From Pseudoluteimonas lycopersici (GTDB taxonomy: Bacteria; Pseudomonadota; Gammaproteobacteria; Xanthomonadales; Xanthomonadaceae), in assembly GCF_007556775.1 (NCBI RefSeq), contig NZ_CP041742.1, positions 1,315,002 through 1,355,001 on the forward strand: a stretch of DNA of 40,000 nucleotides. The letters are read 5' to 3'. The translations under genes and the position numbers were made by a program. A model generated the notes under the pieces. It was not told where the DNA came from. It did not search any database and saw nothing but the letters and a program-made list of their open reading frames with translations. Each line of letters opens with the position of its first letter. The stretch's first letter is position 1. This document shows positions 1 through 8,714 of the stretch, piece after piece.

Positions 1-182
1 CCGCCGAGCAGGCGCGAGATCGTGCCGTGCACGCGCCCGGCATGGCGTCGGTACAGGGCCTCGAACGCCGCGACCTCGCCCGCGCAGGCGCGGCGCGCCA
101 GCGCGTGGTCGGGGTCTTCGCCGGCTGGCGAGTCCACGAAGGAAAGGTCGGGTGCGGTGGCCACGGCGGTCAGCATAGCCAT
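1..182 (-). CDS. ECF-type RNA polymerase sigma factor, first ~60 codons only (gene runs off the left edge)
   Basis: Hand translation of the reverse strand from ATG at 182 gives MAMLTAVATAPDLSFVDSPAGEDPDHALARRACAGEVAAFEALYRRHAGRVHGTISRLLG. This looks like the start of sigma-70 region 2 in ECF sigmas. It is absent from the ORF track because it is truncated. Confidence 0.5.
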   Translation of the reverse strand, partial: MAMLTAVATAPDLSFVDSPAGEDPDHALARRACAGEVAAFEALYRRHAGRVHGTISRLLG

Positions 183-222
183 TGGGATGCGCCCGGGTCG
201 CGCCGGGTTTAAGCGGCCTCGC

Positions 223-1116
223 TCAATCCGATGGCGCGGCGTGCAGGGTCAGGCGCGAGATTTCCGGCGGCACACCCAGGCGCATCGGCAGGATGCTGGT
301 GCCGATGCCGGGGGTGACGAACAGCAGGCGGCCGTCGACGTCGTAAGCGCCACGCAGTCGGTGCGAATCCGGGTCGAAGCGCCCTTCGCCGATCAGCGAC
401 AGCGGCCACGGATCGACCTGCCCGCCGTGGGTATGACCGGCAATGGTGAGCGACGCACGCGCGGGAATGCGCGGGAACAGGCTGGGCTCGTGGGTGAGCG
501 CGACGACGGGGGCATCGTCCGCGGCCTGCGCGAAGGCATCGGCGATGTCCGGATGTCCCTCGAGTTCGTCGCCGAGCCCGACCAGCCAGAACCTGCAATC
601 GCCGACGGAAATCGCTTCGGCCCGGTTGTCGATCATGCGGACGCCCACGGCGGCGAAGGCATCGCGCACCGCCGGCCCGCCCTTCCACCAGTCGTGGTTG
701 CCGAGCACCGCATACACCGGCTTGCGCGCGAGCAGCGGCTTCAAGTGTTGCGCGACATCGCTGGCCGGCACGTAATGGCCGAGCAGCACGCTGAGGATCA
801 CGTAGTCGCCGGCCATCAGCACGATCTTCGAATCGTCGTTCGACAGCTGCCGCACGACTTCGTCGAAATGGTCGAGTCCGTTGCGCGGCGAACCCACGTG
901 CAGGTCCGCGACCACGTCCACGCGCAACCCGTCGCAGGCACGCGGCCAGCCACGCGGGGCGAGCGCGTAGTCGCGTTCGACCAGCTCGCCCGGTTCGACG
1001 ACGAAACCCTGCACGCACATCGCCAACACCCCGGCCGCGAGCAACCACGCGCACCATTGCAGGGCACGGCGACGGCGGCGCGAACGATGCGCGCGGTCGT
1101 TGGGCTGCGGGGTCAC
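223..1116 (-). CDS. Membrane-anchored metallophosphoesterase (calcineurin-like, YkuE-type)
   Basis: This is the C-terminal 298 codons of track ORF 223..2436. Motifs: DLHVG, GDYV, GNHDWW, GHTHGG. The N-terminus has an Arg-rich segment followed by a TM helix. GTG at 1116 is chosen because the upstream gene stops at 1134; the rest of the 737-aa ORF is an off-frame artefact. The start is uncertain. Confidence 0.75.
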   Translation of the reverse strand: MTPQPNDRAHRSRRRRRALQWCAWLLAAGVLAMCVQGFVVEPGELVERDYALAPRGWPRACDGLRVDVVADLHVGSPRNGLDHFDEVVRQLSNDDSKIVLMAGDYVILSVLLGHYVPASDVAQHLKPLLARKPVYAVLGNHDWWKGGPAVRDAFAAVGVRMIDNRAEAISVGDCRFWLVGLGDELEGHPDIADAFAQAADDAPVVALTHEPSLFPRIPARASLTIAGHTHGGQVDPWPLSLIGEGRFDPDSHRLRGAYDVDGRLLFVTPGIGTSILPMRLGVPPEISRLTLHAAPSD

Positions 1117-1133
1117 TTCGCGGAAACGCGCAC

Positions 1134-2486
1134 TCAGTACACCTCGCCCGCCGCACTTGCGCGTTCCAGCCTGCGCGCCAAGGCCCAGCCGAGCGAGCCC
1201 GAGGCCGCCAGCGCCGCCGCGCCGATCCAACCGAATACGCCGACGGTCGCGCCGACCGCGCGCAGGCCGTTGACCGTGAGCGCGCTGAACACGTCGCCCG
1301 CGCGCCACACCGCGGTATCCACCGCGTTCTTGCCCTTGTAGCGCATGCCGCGCGGCACCAGGGTGAACAGGCTTTCGCGCGCGGGCTGGTCCATGCCGTA
1401 GGCCAACGAGCGGGTGAGGATGAGCATCAACGCAACCCATGGCAGGCCGCTCAACGCGAGGTGCATGGGTCCGACCGACAACGATAACGGTCCGACCACC
1501 ACCGCGTACGGATCCACCGCCAGCGCCATGCCGATGCAGGCGAGGATGCCGACCACCGCGCGCACCGCCAGCACCGGCGCGGCGCCGTGGCGCACCAGCA
1601 GCCAGCGGGTCAGGGTCAACTGCGCGACCACCTGGATGATGTTGGTGACCAGGTCGATGTCGGCGGCGAAGCGCGTGCGCGAAATCGCGTCGTGGAAGGT
1701 GGCGCCGGAATAATCGATGACCAGCGCGTAGGCGATCGTGCCGATGGCGTCGCCCAGCAGCATCAGGATCGCCATGCTGCGGATGAAGGGCGTGGCGAAT
1801 ACCTGCTTCAGCCCGTCGAACATGCCGCCGCCGATCGCAGCTTCGTGCTCTTCGCGGTGGCGGTGCACGCCGTGTTCGCGCGCCCACTTGCCGAGCACCA
1901 GCACGCACAGCATCGCCAGCGCGAGCAGTGCGGCCGAGACCACCAGCAGGTGGGCGACGCCGATGCTGCCGACCAGCATGCGCGTCAACGCCGGGCCGGC
2001 GATCGCGCCGGCCGTGCCGCCCAGCGCGATGACCGGGTACAGCCGCCGCGCCTGTTCGTCGCTCCAGATGTCGGACATGAAACTCCAGAACACCGAGACC
2101 ACGAACAGGTTGAACACGCTGACCCAGACGAAGAACAGCGTGCCCAGCGCCTTTGGGCTGATGAGGCCCTCGAAGGTGAACAACGGCACGAACGCCAGCA
2201 GGCAGGCGATGAAGAATGCGTACACCACCGGCACCACGATCCGCCGCGGCCAGCGCGACACCAGCCAGGCGAACACCGGCGTCAGCGCGAGGGTGGCGAC
2301 GAAGGTCGCGGCGAAGAACCACGGCAACTGGGTCGAGCCGACCGCCGCGGACAGCTGTTCGCGCACCGGGCGCATCACGTAGTACGCGGACAGCACGCAG
2401 AAGAAATAGGCGAACGACCATGCCACCGCGCGCCATTCGCCGCTGCGGACGCGCGACGGGCCGGATCCAGCCGTGGATGACGACAT
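1134..2486 (-). CDS. Polytopic MFS-like transporter, ATP/ADP-translocase (TLC/Npt)-like family
   Basis: Start is ATG at 2486 (MSSSTAGSG...). About 12 hydrophobic helices. The N-terminal FAYFFCVLSAYYVMRPVREQL pattern is typical of Npt/TLC-like MFS proteins. The family call is from memory of that motif. Confidence 0.75.
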   Translation of the reverse strand: MSSSTAGSGPSRVRSGEWRAVAWSFAYFFCVLSAYYVMRPVREQLSAAVGSTQLPWFFAATFVATLALTPVFAWLVSRWPRRIVVPVVYAFFIACLLAFVPLFTFEGLISPKALGTLFFVWVSVFNLFVVSVFWSFMSDIWSDEQARRLYPVIALGGTAGAIAGPALTRMLVGSIGVAHLLVVSAALLALAMLCVLVLGKWAREHGVHRHREEHEAAIGGGMFDGLKQVFATPFIRSMAILMLLGDAIGTIAYALVIDYSGATFHDAISRTRFAADIDLVTNIIQVVAQLTLTRWLLVRHGAAPVLAVRAVVGILACIGMALAVDPYAVVVGPLSLSVGPMHLALSGLPWVALMLILTRSLAYGMDQPARESLFTLVPRGMRYKGKNAVDTAVWRAGDVFSALTVNGLRAVGATVGVFGWIGAAALAASGSLGWALARRLERASAAGEVY

Positions 2487-2613
2487 CGCGCGCTCCGCCA
2501 AGGGTCGCGGCACGTTACCGCAGGCCCCGCGACAAGGCCAGCGCGGCGATGCCGAGCAATTGCTCAAAGGGCACGGCATAGTGTCGGCCGATCCGGGAAA
2601 CGCAGGACGCTTC

Positions 2614-4191
2614 GTGTTCGACATCATCATCATCGGCGCCGGTTCCGCCGGCTGCGTGCTCGCCAATCGCCTGTCCGCGGACCCGAAGCGCAAGGTGCTG
2701 CTGCTCGAAGCCGGCGGTCGCGACTGGCATCCCTTCATCCACATGCCGGCGGGGCTGGCCAAGATCGCCGGGATCAAGTCGATCAACTGGGACTACAGCA
2801 CGCAGCCGGAACCGCAGCTCGATGGCCGCACCATCTGGTGGCCGCGCGGCAAGGTGCTCGGCGGTTCCAGTTCCATCAATGCGATGTGCTACATCCGCGG
2901 CGTGGCGCGCGACTACGACGACTGGGCCGCGCAAGGCGCGGACGGCTGGGACTGGAACAACGTGCTGCCCTATTTCAAGCGCAGCGAAGGCAACACCCGC
3001 GGCGCCGACGCCTGGCATGGCGCCGATGGCCCGCTCACGGTGTCAGACCTGCGCCACGCCAACCCGCTGACGCAGGTCTACATCGAAGCCGCGGCGCAAG
3101 CCGGCATTCCATTCAACCCCGATTTCAACGGCGCCTCCCAACTCGGCGCGGGCCTGTACCAGGTGACCCAGCGTGATGGCGCGCGTTGCTCGACCGCGGT
3201 CGCCTACCTCGATCCGGCGAAACCGCGGCCCAACCTCACCGTCCACACCGGCGCGCTCGCTTCGCGCGTCACCTTCGAACGCGGCCGTGCCACCGGCGTC
3301 ACCTATTCGATGCGCGGACAGGCGTTCCACCAACCCGCGAACGAAGTGATCCTGTGCGGCGGCGCGATCAATTCGCCGCAGTTGCTGATGCTCTCCGGCA
3401 TCGGTCCGGCGGACGACCTGCGCCGGCACGGCATCGCCCCCGTCGCCGACCTGCCCGGCGTCGGCGCCAACCTGCAGGACCACCTCGACGTCTGCACGCT
3501 GCAGCACGAAACCCGCCGCACCAGTTACGACCGCGCCAGCGAGCTGAAGACCGCGTTCGATTACTTCCTGCGCGGCCATCGCGGTCCCGGTGCCAGCAAC
3601 ATCGCCGAGGGTGGCGGATTCGTGCGGTCGCCGCTTGCACCGGACGAACGCGCCGACATCCAGCTGCACTTCATCCCGGCGATGATCGACGACCACGGCC
3701 GCAACCGCCTCCCCGGCGACGGCTACACCATGCATGCCTGCCACCTGCGCCCGCGCAGCCGCGGCCGGCTCTCGCTGGTCAGCAACCGCGCCGGCGACAA
3801 GCCGCGGATCGAGGCCAATTACCTGAGCGATCCGGAGGGTTTCGACCTCAAGGTCATGGTCGAATGCGCGCGCATTTCGCTGGAGATCTTCGCCCAGCCG
3901 GCGTTCGATGCCTGGCGCGGCACGCCGATCTTCCCGGCGCAACAACCGAAGACCGAAGCGGACCTCGTCGCGTTCGTGCGCGACAAGGCGCAAACCGTGT
4001 ACCACCCGGTCGGCACCTGCCGCATGGGCCGCGACGACGGCGCGGTGGTCGATCCCGAATTGCGCGTGCGCGGCGTCGAAGGCCTGCGCGTGGTCGATGC
4101 CTCGGTGATGCCGACGCTGCCCGGCGGCAACACCAACGCCCCGACGATCATGATCGCCGAACGCGCGGCGGAGTTGATTGCGGCGGGTTGA
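2614..4191 (+). CDS. GMC-family FAD oxidoreductase (choline/alcohol dehydrogenase-like)
   Basis: Motifs: FDIIIIGAGSAGCVLANRLS (Rossmann GxGxxG), GKVLGGSSSINAM, TVYHPVGTCRMG, NTNAPTIMIAERAA. GTG at 2614 has AGGA 6 nt upstream and gives the usual M-FD-xIIIGAG N-terminus. The track start 2473 overlaps the divergent gene. Confidence 0.85.
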   Translation: MFDIIIIGAGSAGCVLANRLSADPKRKVLLLEAGGRDWHPFIHMPAGLAKIAGIKSINWDYSTQPEPQLDGRTIWWPRGKVLGGSSSINAMCYIRGVARDYDDWAAQGADGWDWNNVLPYFKRSEGNTRGADAWHGADGPLTVSDLRHANPLTQVYIEAAAQAGIPFNPDFNGASQLGAGLYQVTQRDGARCSTAVAYLDPAKPRPNLTVHTGALASRVTFERGRATGVTYSMRGQAFHQPANEVILCGGAINSPQLLMLSGIGPADDLRRHGIAPVADLPGVGANLQDHLDVCTLQHETRRTSYDRASELKTAFDYFLRGHRGPGASNIAEGGGFVRSPLAPDERADIQLHFIPAMIDDHGRNRLPGDGYTMHACHLRPRSRGRLSLVSNRAGDKPRIEANYLSDPEGFDLKVMVECARISLEIFAQPAFDAWRGTPIFPAQQPKTEADLVAFVRDKAQTVYHPVGTCRMGRDDGAVVDPELRVRGVEGLRVVDASVMPTLPGGNTNAPTIMIAERAAELIAAG

Positions 4192-4197
4192 TGCCTT

Positions 4198-4607
4198 TGC
4201 TCGTCATCCCGGCGAAGGCCGGGATCCAGCGTCTTTGCTTTTCAACTTTTGCAGATCGATTCGACTTTACCAAACCCGAAATAACTTCACGATACCGGAT
4301 CGGTGGGACTGATCCAGCCTACGACGCTTCCGACTTTTCCCAAATCTTTTTTGTCCACAGCAATGAGTAGTAGCCGACAAAAAAGACGAAGATCGCCGAC
4401 AGGCACATGTATACCCCCTGCCGTACCTCTGGGGAGGCCATGGATAAGCACTGGTCCCTCACCCAAAAAATGAGCATGAAACCTACGCGAAGAGCCGCCA
4501 TAGCAGCCGTCAACAAAATTGCAATTTGAAGCAACTTGAAAAACTTTCGCATTGATTTCCCCTGCCTGCCTGTCAAAGCTGGATTCCCGCTTTCGTGGGA
4601 ATGACGG
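4198..4607. mobile_element. AT-rich cassette bracketed by inverted REP-like arms (4198-4238 and 4570-4607) that fills the whole gap between two convergent genes
   Basis: Left arm: tgctcgtcatcccggcgaaggccgggatccagcgtctttgc. The reverse complement of the right arm is ccgtcattcccacgaaagcgggaatccagctttgacag. The arm family is the same as at 14.37-14.55 kb and 35.19-35.29 kb. The interior is visibly AT-rich. Confidence 0.5.
4319..4552 (-). CDS. Small (77 aa) two-TM membrane protein, hypothetical
   Basis: ATG at 4552 is preceded by AGGGGA 6 nt upstream. Sequence: MRKFFKLLQIAILLTAAMAALRVGFMLIFWV...VYMCLSAIFVFFVGYYSLLW, giving two hydrophobic helices. It lies in the AT-rich interior of the cassette. 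The track ORF extension to 4702 overlaps the M48 gene. Confidence 0.45.
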   Translation of the reverse strand: MRKFFKLLQIAILLTAAMAALRVGFMLIFWVRDQCLSMASPEVRQGVYMCLSAIFVFFVGYYSLLWTKKIWEKSEAS

Positions 4608-6494
4608 CTAAGAGCGCTCCAGCATCGGCGGCAGCGGGCAATGCAGCACGCCGCAGATGGTGCGCAGCAGTTCCGCCTCGGCGACGCTGATGCGGCCGTC
4701 ATTGCTGATCGCCGCGGTCACACCCTCGACCAGCGCCTGCTTCGCGAGCGGATCGAGCCGGTCGAGCGGACCCCAAACCTCGTCCAGCGCGAGCACGCCG
4801 TTCGCCGGTGGTGCGTAGGCCAGGTGTTCGTTCGGCAGCACGCGCAGCATGCCGGCGAGATAGGCGCGACGCGCGCTGTCGGCATCGTCATGGCCAGCCT
4901 GTGCGACGACCGCGAGCAATAGTGCGATTTCACGTTTGACGGCATTCGGCTTGCGCGGTCCGAAATGCGAATAACGGCCCGGATCCAGCGATTCGCGCAC
5001 CTGCACGGTCAGCAGCCGGCCGAGGCAGTACTCGAACAGCGAAACCTCGCCATCGGCATTCACCACCGCGTGCACCGTGTCCATGAACGCATCCAGTTGC
5101 GGGCGCGGACGCAGGCGCAGTACCGGGAATGCCAGCGCCGCCAGCGGCAGGCGCAGCATCGGGTGCAGGTCGGCGACCAACTGCTGGTGGATGCGCGCGG
5201 CGTGGTCGGCGGCATCGCTGCCGAGGCGCGCGGCGATCTCGAATCGCTGGCGCTCGGCCAGCGCCTCGTCGTCGGCGAGCAGCAAGGCGAGCAGCAAGGG
5301 CATCACCGCGTCGCGTTGCGCGGCCAGGTCGCGCAGGGCTTCGGGAATGCCGCTGGCGATGGCGTCCGCGCGCCTGTAGTCGTCGGCTGCGGGCGCCGCG
5401 ACCTGCGCGGCCACCATCGGCGGGGTGACGTTCAATTCCTGCGTCGCATTCGGCAGGCGCGAACCGCCGACGGCGTCGAGGCCGAGCATCGCGTCCTCGT
5501 CCAGCCCGACCGGCGCCGCCGCGAACCATTTCGCTCGCAGTTGTTCCAGTTCCTCGCCGCGGAACTGCGGTTCCAGCGCCTGGATGCGCATGAGCAACGG
5601 CGGATGCGTGGCGAACAGGCCTGACAGTTTCAGGCCTTCGCCGAACAGCATGTGGCTGACTTCCTCGGCGTTGCCGCCGTCGTTGAGCGTTGCGCCTTCG
5701 GCGAGGCCGCCGATCTTCTTCAGCGCACCGGCGAGGCCGACGGTCTGTCGGGTGAATTGCACCGCGCTGGCATCGGCCAGCGATTCGCGCGTGCGGCTGA
5801 CGCCGGCCTTGATCATGCGCCCGAAGAACAGGCCGATGTAGCCGATGACCAGCGCCGCCAGCGCGGCGACCACGACCGCGCCCGCGCTTTTGTTGCGTCC
5901 GCCAAGCCCGCCGTTTTGCAGGATCTTGCGCCCGATCAGGCCGATCATGAGGATGCCGAACAGCACGCCGATCAGGCGGATGTTCAGGCGCATGTCGCCG
6001 TTGAGGATGTGGCTGAACTCGTGCGCGATCACGCCCTGCAGTTCGTCGCGGTTGAGTCGGTCGAGCGCGCCGCGGGTCACCGCGACCACCGCGTCGGACG
6101 GCGAATAACCGGCGGCGAAGGCGTTGATGCCGGCCTCGTGTTCGAGTACGTACAGCCGCGGCACCGGTACGCCGGAGGCGATCGCGATTTCCTCGACCAC
6201 GTTGCGCAGCCGGCGCAGGTTCAAGTCCGTGGTGTTCTCCGGCACCGGTACGCCACCCATCTGCAACGCCACCGGTTCGCCACCGCCACGCAAGGACGCG
6301 ATGCGGTACAGCGAACCGAGGCCGATCGTCGCCAGCGTGGCGAGGCTGAAGAACGCCAACGCGCCGGTGGAACGCGTGGCGATCCACGCGACGAGGTCGA
6401 CCGCGAGCACGATGCCGGCGACCGCCAGCGCGAACAGCGCGACCAGCCACGCCGAGGTGCGCCGGGCCGCGGCCTGGTGTTCGAAGAAGTTCAT
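4608..6494 (-). CDS. M48-family (HtpX-like) zinc metallopeptidase with a long C-terminal extension
   Basis: Contains the HEFSHILNGD (HExxH) motif and N-terminal TM helices. About 330 extra C-terminal residues carry two ADGEVSLFE / NDGRISVAEAELL segments. It is downstream of lemA, the usual partner. Confidence 0.9.
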   Translation of the reverse strand: MNFFEHQAAARRTSAWLVALFALAVAGIVLAVDLVAWIATRSTGALAFFSLATLATIGLGSLYRIASLRGGGEPVALQMGGVPVPENTTDLNLRRLRNVVEEIAIASGVPVPRLYVLEHEAGINAFAAGYSPSDAVVAVTRGALDRLNRDELQGVIAHEFSHILNGDMRLNIRLIGVLFGILMIGLIGRKILQNGGLGGRNKSAGAVVVAALAALVIGYIGLFFGRMIKAGVSRTRESLADASAVQFTRQTVGLAGALKKIGGLAEGATLNDGGNAEEVSHMLFGEGLKLSGLFATHPPLLMRIQALEPQFRGEELEQLRAKWFAAAPVGLDEDAMLGLDAVGGSRLPNATQELNVTPPMVAAQVAAPAADDYRRADAIASGIPEALRDLAAQRDAVMPLLLALLLADDEALAERQRFEIAARLGSDAADHAARIHQQLVADLHPMLRLPLAALAFPVLRLRPRPQLDAFMDTVHAVVNADGEVSLFEYCLGRLLTVQVRESLDPGRYSHFGPRKPNAVKREIALLLAVVAQAGHDDADSARRAYLAGMLRVLPNEHLAYAPPANGVLALDEVWGPLDRLDPLAKQALVEGVTAAISNDGRISVAEAELLRTICGVLHCPLPPMLERS

Positions 6495-6555
6495 GCGCGT
6501 CCCCTCTCCCGGCCTGCGGCCACCCTCTCCCTCAAGGGGAGAGGGGAAAGCAGGT

Positions 6556-7155
6556 TCAGAAGGAAACCTTCGGCGCGGCGCGGACTTCGGCCTGCTTGTC
6601 GGCCGGGATTTCCAACAGCGTGGCCGGGGCGAAGTTGAACATGCCGGCGAAGATGCTGTTCGGGAACACTTCGCGCTTGTTGTTGTAGGCCATCGCCGAA
6701 TCGTTGAACGCCTGCCGCGCGAACGCGACCTTGTTCTCGGTGCTGGTCAGTTCCTCGGTGAGCTGCATCATGTTCTGGTTGGCCTTGAGGTCCGGGTAGG
6801 ACTCGGCCACCGCGAGCAATCGGCCGAGGCCGGCGTTCAACTGTCCCTGTGCGGCCGCGAGCTGGGCCATCGCGGCCGGATCGCCGGGGTTGGCCTTGGC
6901 CGCGGACAGGCCCGACTGCGCGGCCGAACGCGCGGCGATCACCGCTTCCAGCGTATCGCGTTCGTGCGCCATGTATTTCTTGGCGACTTCCACCAGGTTC
7001 GGGATCAGGTCGAAACGGCGCTGCAATTGCACGTCGATCTGGGCGAAGGCGTTCTTGAACGCATTCCGCGCGGTGACGAGGCCGTTGTAGATGCCCATGG
7101 CCCAAAGTGCGACGACTACCACAATTACCAGCAGGATCAGCAGCATGGCCATCAA
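6556..7155 (-). CDS. lemA: LemA family protein
   Basis: N-terminal TM helix followed by NAFAQIDVQLQRRFDLIPNLVE...ESYPDLKAN...TENKVAFARQAFN, the canonical LemA pattern. Confidence 0.9.
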   Translation of the reverse strand: MMAMLLILLVIVVVVALWAMGIYNGLVTARNAFKNAFAQIDVQLQRRFDLIPNLVEVAKKYMAHERDTLEAVIAARSAAQSGLSAAKANPGDPAAMAQLAAAQGQLNAGLGRLLAVAESYPDLKANQNMMQLTEELTSTENKVAFARQAFNDSAMAYNNKREVFPNSIFAGMFNFAPATLLEIPADKQAEVRAAPKVSF

Positions 7156-7231
7156 ACCTCTCCCTATTCATGCAGAAATGGAAACAGGCGTTATCATCGC
7201 CTGAAGAGAGCATACGGACGGGGACCCCGCG

Positions 7232-8614
7232 ATGAAAGACGACGCGAACCGGCCGCAGAAGCGGACGCGCCTCGCCTGGACCCTCAGCCTGTTGTTGTTG
7301 CCGCTCGCCGCGGGCAGCGGCGCGCAGGATTCGTTGCGCTGGCGCGGTGCGTCGGCCTATCCGCCATCGCCTTCGCAGCAGCCGGCTTCCCGTCCTTCCG
7401 TTCATGCCGTGCCGCAACCGGGCGCGGCGTTCGATCCAGCGGAATTCGAAACGCTCGCGCAGCAACTCGTCGCCGATGGCCGCGTGCCCGGACTGGCGAT
7501 GGCGATCGTCCAGAACGGCAAGGTGGTGAGCGAGCGCGGCTACGGCGTGACCGATGCGAAGGGCACGCAGCCGATCGACAACCACACCGTGTTCCGCCTC
7601 GCTTCGCTGTCCAAGGCGTTCGCCAGCGCGCTCACCGGCCTGATGGTGGACGAAGGCAAGTTCCGCTGGGACACGCCGGTGGTCGATTACGTGCCGTGGC
7701 TGCGCTTGTCGCGTCCCGGCGCCGAACGCGAACTTACCGTCGCCGACCTGCTTAGCCATCGCGTCGGCCTGACCCGCAACGCGTTCGACCGCGACCTCGA
7801 GGCGAATGCCGACTATTCGGGCCTCGTTTCGAAACTCGCCTACGCGCCGATGACCTGCAATCCGGGCGAGTGCTACGCCTACCAGAACGTGGCGTTCAGC
7901 CTGATCGGCAACGTGCTGGCCGCGACCAGCGGCGAGGACTACGGCCGCGAATTGGCGCGCATGGTGTTCAAGCCACTGGGCATGAAGGACGCGAGCACCG
8001 GCCTCGACGGCATCGAGTCGAGCCCGCGCTGGGCGCGCCCGCACGTGCGCGGCGGTGGCGGATGGGTCGCACTGATGCCCAAGCCCGCCTACTACCACGT
8101 GCTGCCGGCGGCTGGCGTCAACGCCAGCATCAGCGACATGTCGCAGTGGCTGATCGCGCAGACCGGGCATCGCCCCGATGTGCTGCCGGCGCCATTGCTC
8201 GCGACGCTGCACCGACCGGTGATCTCGACCCCGACCGAACTGCGCGGTTCCGAGTGGCGGCGCGAACGCCTGACCTCGGCCGGCTACGCGATCGGCTGGC
8301 GCGTGTACGACTACGCCGGGCATGAAGTGGTGTTCCATGGCGGTGCAGTGCAGGGTTACCGCGGCGTGGTGGCGATGCTGCCCGACCGCGACCTCGGCGT
8401 CGCCATCCTCTGGAACAGCGAGAGCGCGTTGCCGAGCGGATTGTTGCCGACCATCCTCGACAGCGCGATCGGCCTGCCGTACCACGCCTGGATCGAGGAC
8501 AAGTCGCAACCGGCGGGACTGTATGCCAGCGGCCAGCCGAACAACGGCGAAGCGGCAGTCCCCGACGGCAGCGACCAGGCGCAATCCCCGGCCGCCGCCG
8601 GCGCGCCGCGCTGA
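7232..8614 (+). CDS. Secreted serine hydrolase, beta-lactamase (class C/PBP4*-like) family
   Basis: Signal-like N-terminus. SxxK motif in FRLASLSKAF. Typical transpeptidase-fold length. Confidence 0.85.
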   Translation: MKDDANRPQKRTRLAWTLSLLLLPLAAGSGAQDSLRWRGASAYPPSPSQQPASRPSVHAVPQPGAAFDPAEFETLAQQLVADGRVPGLAMAIVQNGKVVSERGYGVTDAKGTQPIDNHTVFRLASLSKAFASALTGLMVDEGKFRWDTPVVDYVPWLRLSRPGAERELTVADLLSHRVGLTRNAFDRDLEANADYSGLVSKLAYAPMTCNPGECYAYQNVAFSLIGNVLAATSGEDYGRELARMVFKPLGMKDASTGLDGIESSPRWARPHVRGGGGWVALMPKPAYYHVLPAAGVNASISDMSQWLIAQTGHRPDVLPAPLLATLHRPVISTPTELRGSEWRRERLTSAGYAIGWRVYDYAGHEVVFHGGAVQGYRGVVAMLPDRDLGVAILWNSESALPSGLLPTILDSAIGLPYHAWIEDKSQPAGLYASGQPNNGEAAVPDGSDQAQSPAAAGAPR

Positions 8615-8651
8615 TCCCGACACCCGGCAACAGTCGGGTTCCCGCCAATGC

Positions 8652-8692
8652 AAAAAGAAAACCCCTTCCCCGCCTGGGCTGCGGGAAAGGGG
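8652..8692 (-). terminator. Rho-independent terminator for the H1-like gene
   Basis: Arms ccccttccccgc (8662-8673) and gcgggaaagggg (8681-8692) pair with one mismatch. On the minus strand the hairpin is followed by TTTTCTTTTT (complement of 8652-8661). Confidence 0.55.
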
Positions 8693-8714
8693 CTCGATAC
8701 TTCAGTGTTACCGC

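Noticed and set aside
223-2436. 737-aa ORF spanning the metallophosphoesterase and most of the transporter gene.
   Set aside because: Only the last 298 codons carry phosphoesterase motifs. The upstream part is an alternative frame of the well-supported transporter gene (1134..2486).
2473-2613. Upstream extension of the GMC oxidoreductase ORF (track start 2473).
   Set aside because: It overlaps the divergent transporter start and adds a non-homologous, Arg-rich N-terminus. GTG 2614, with an AGGA Shine-Dalgarno, gives the canonical N-terminal FAD motif.
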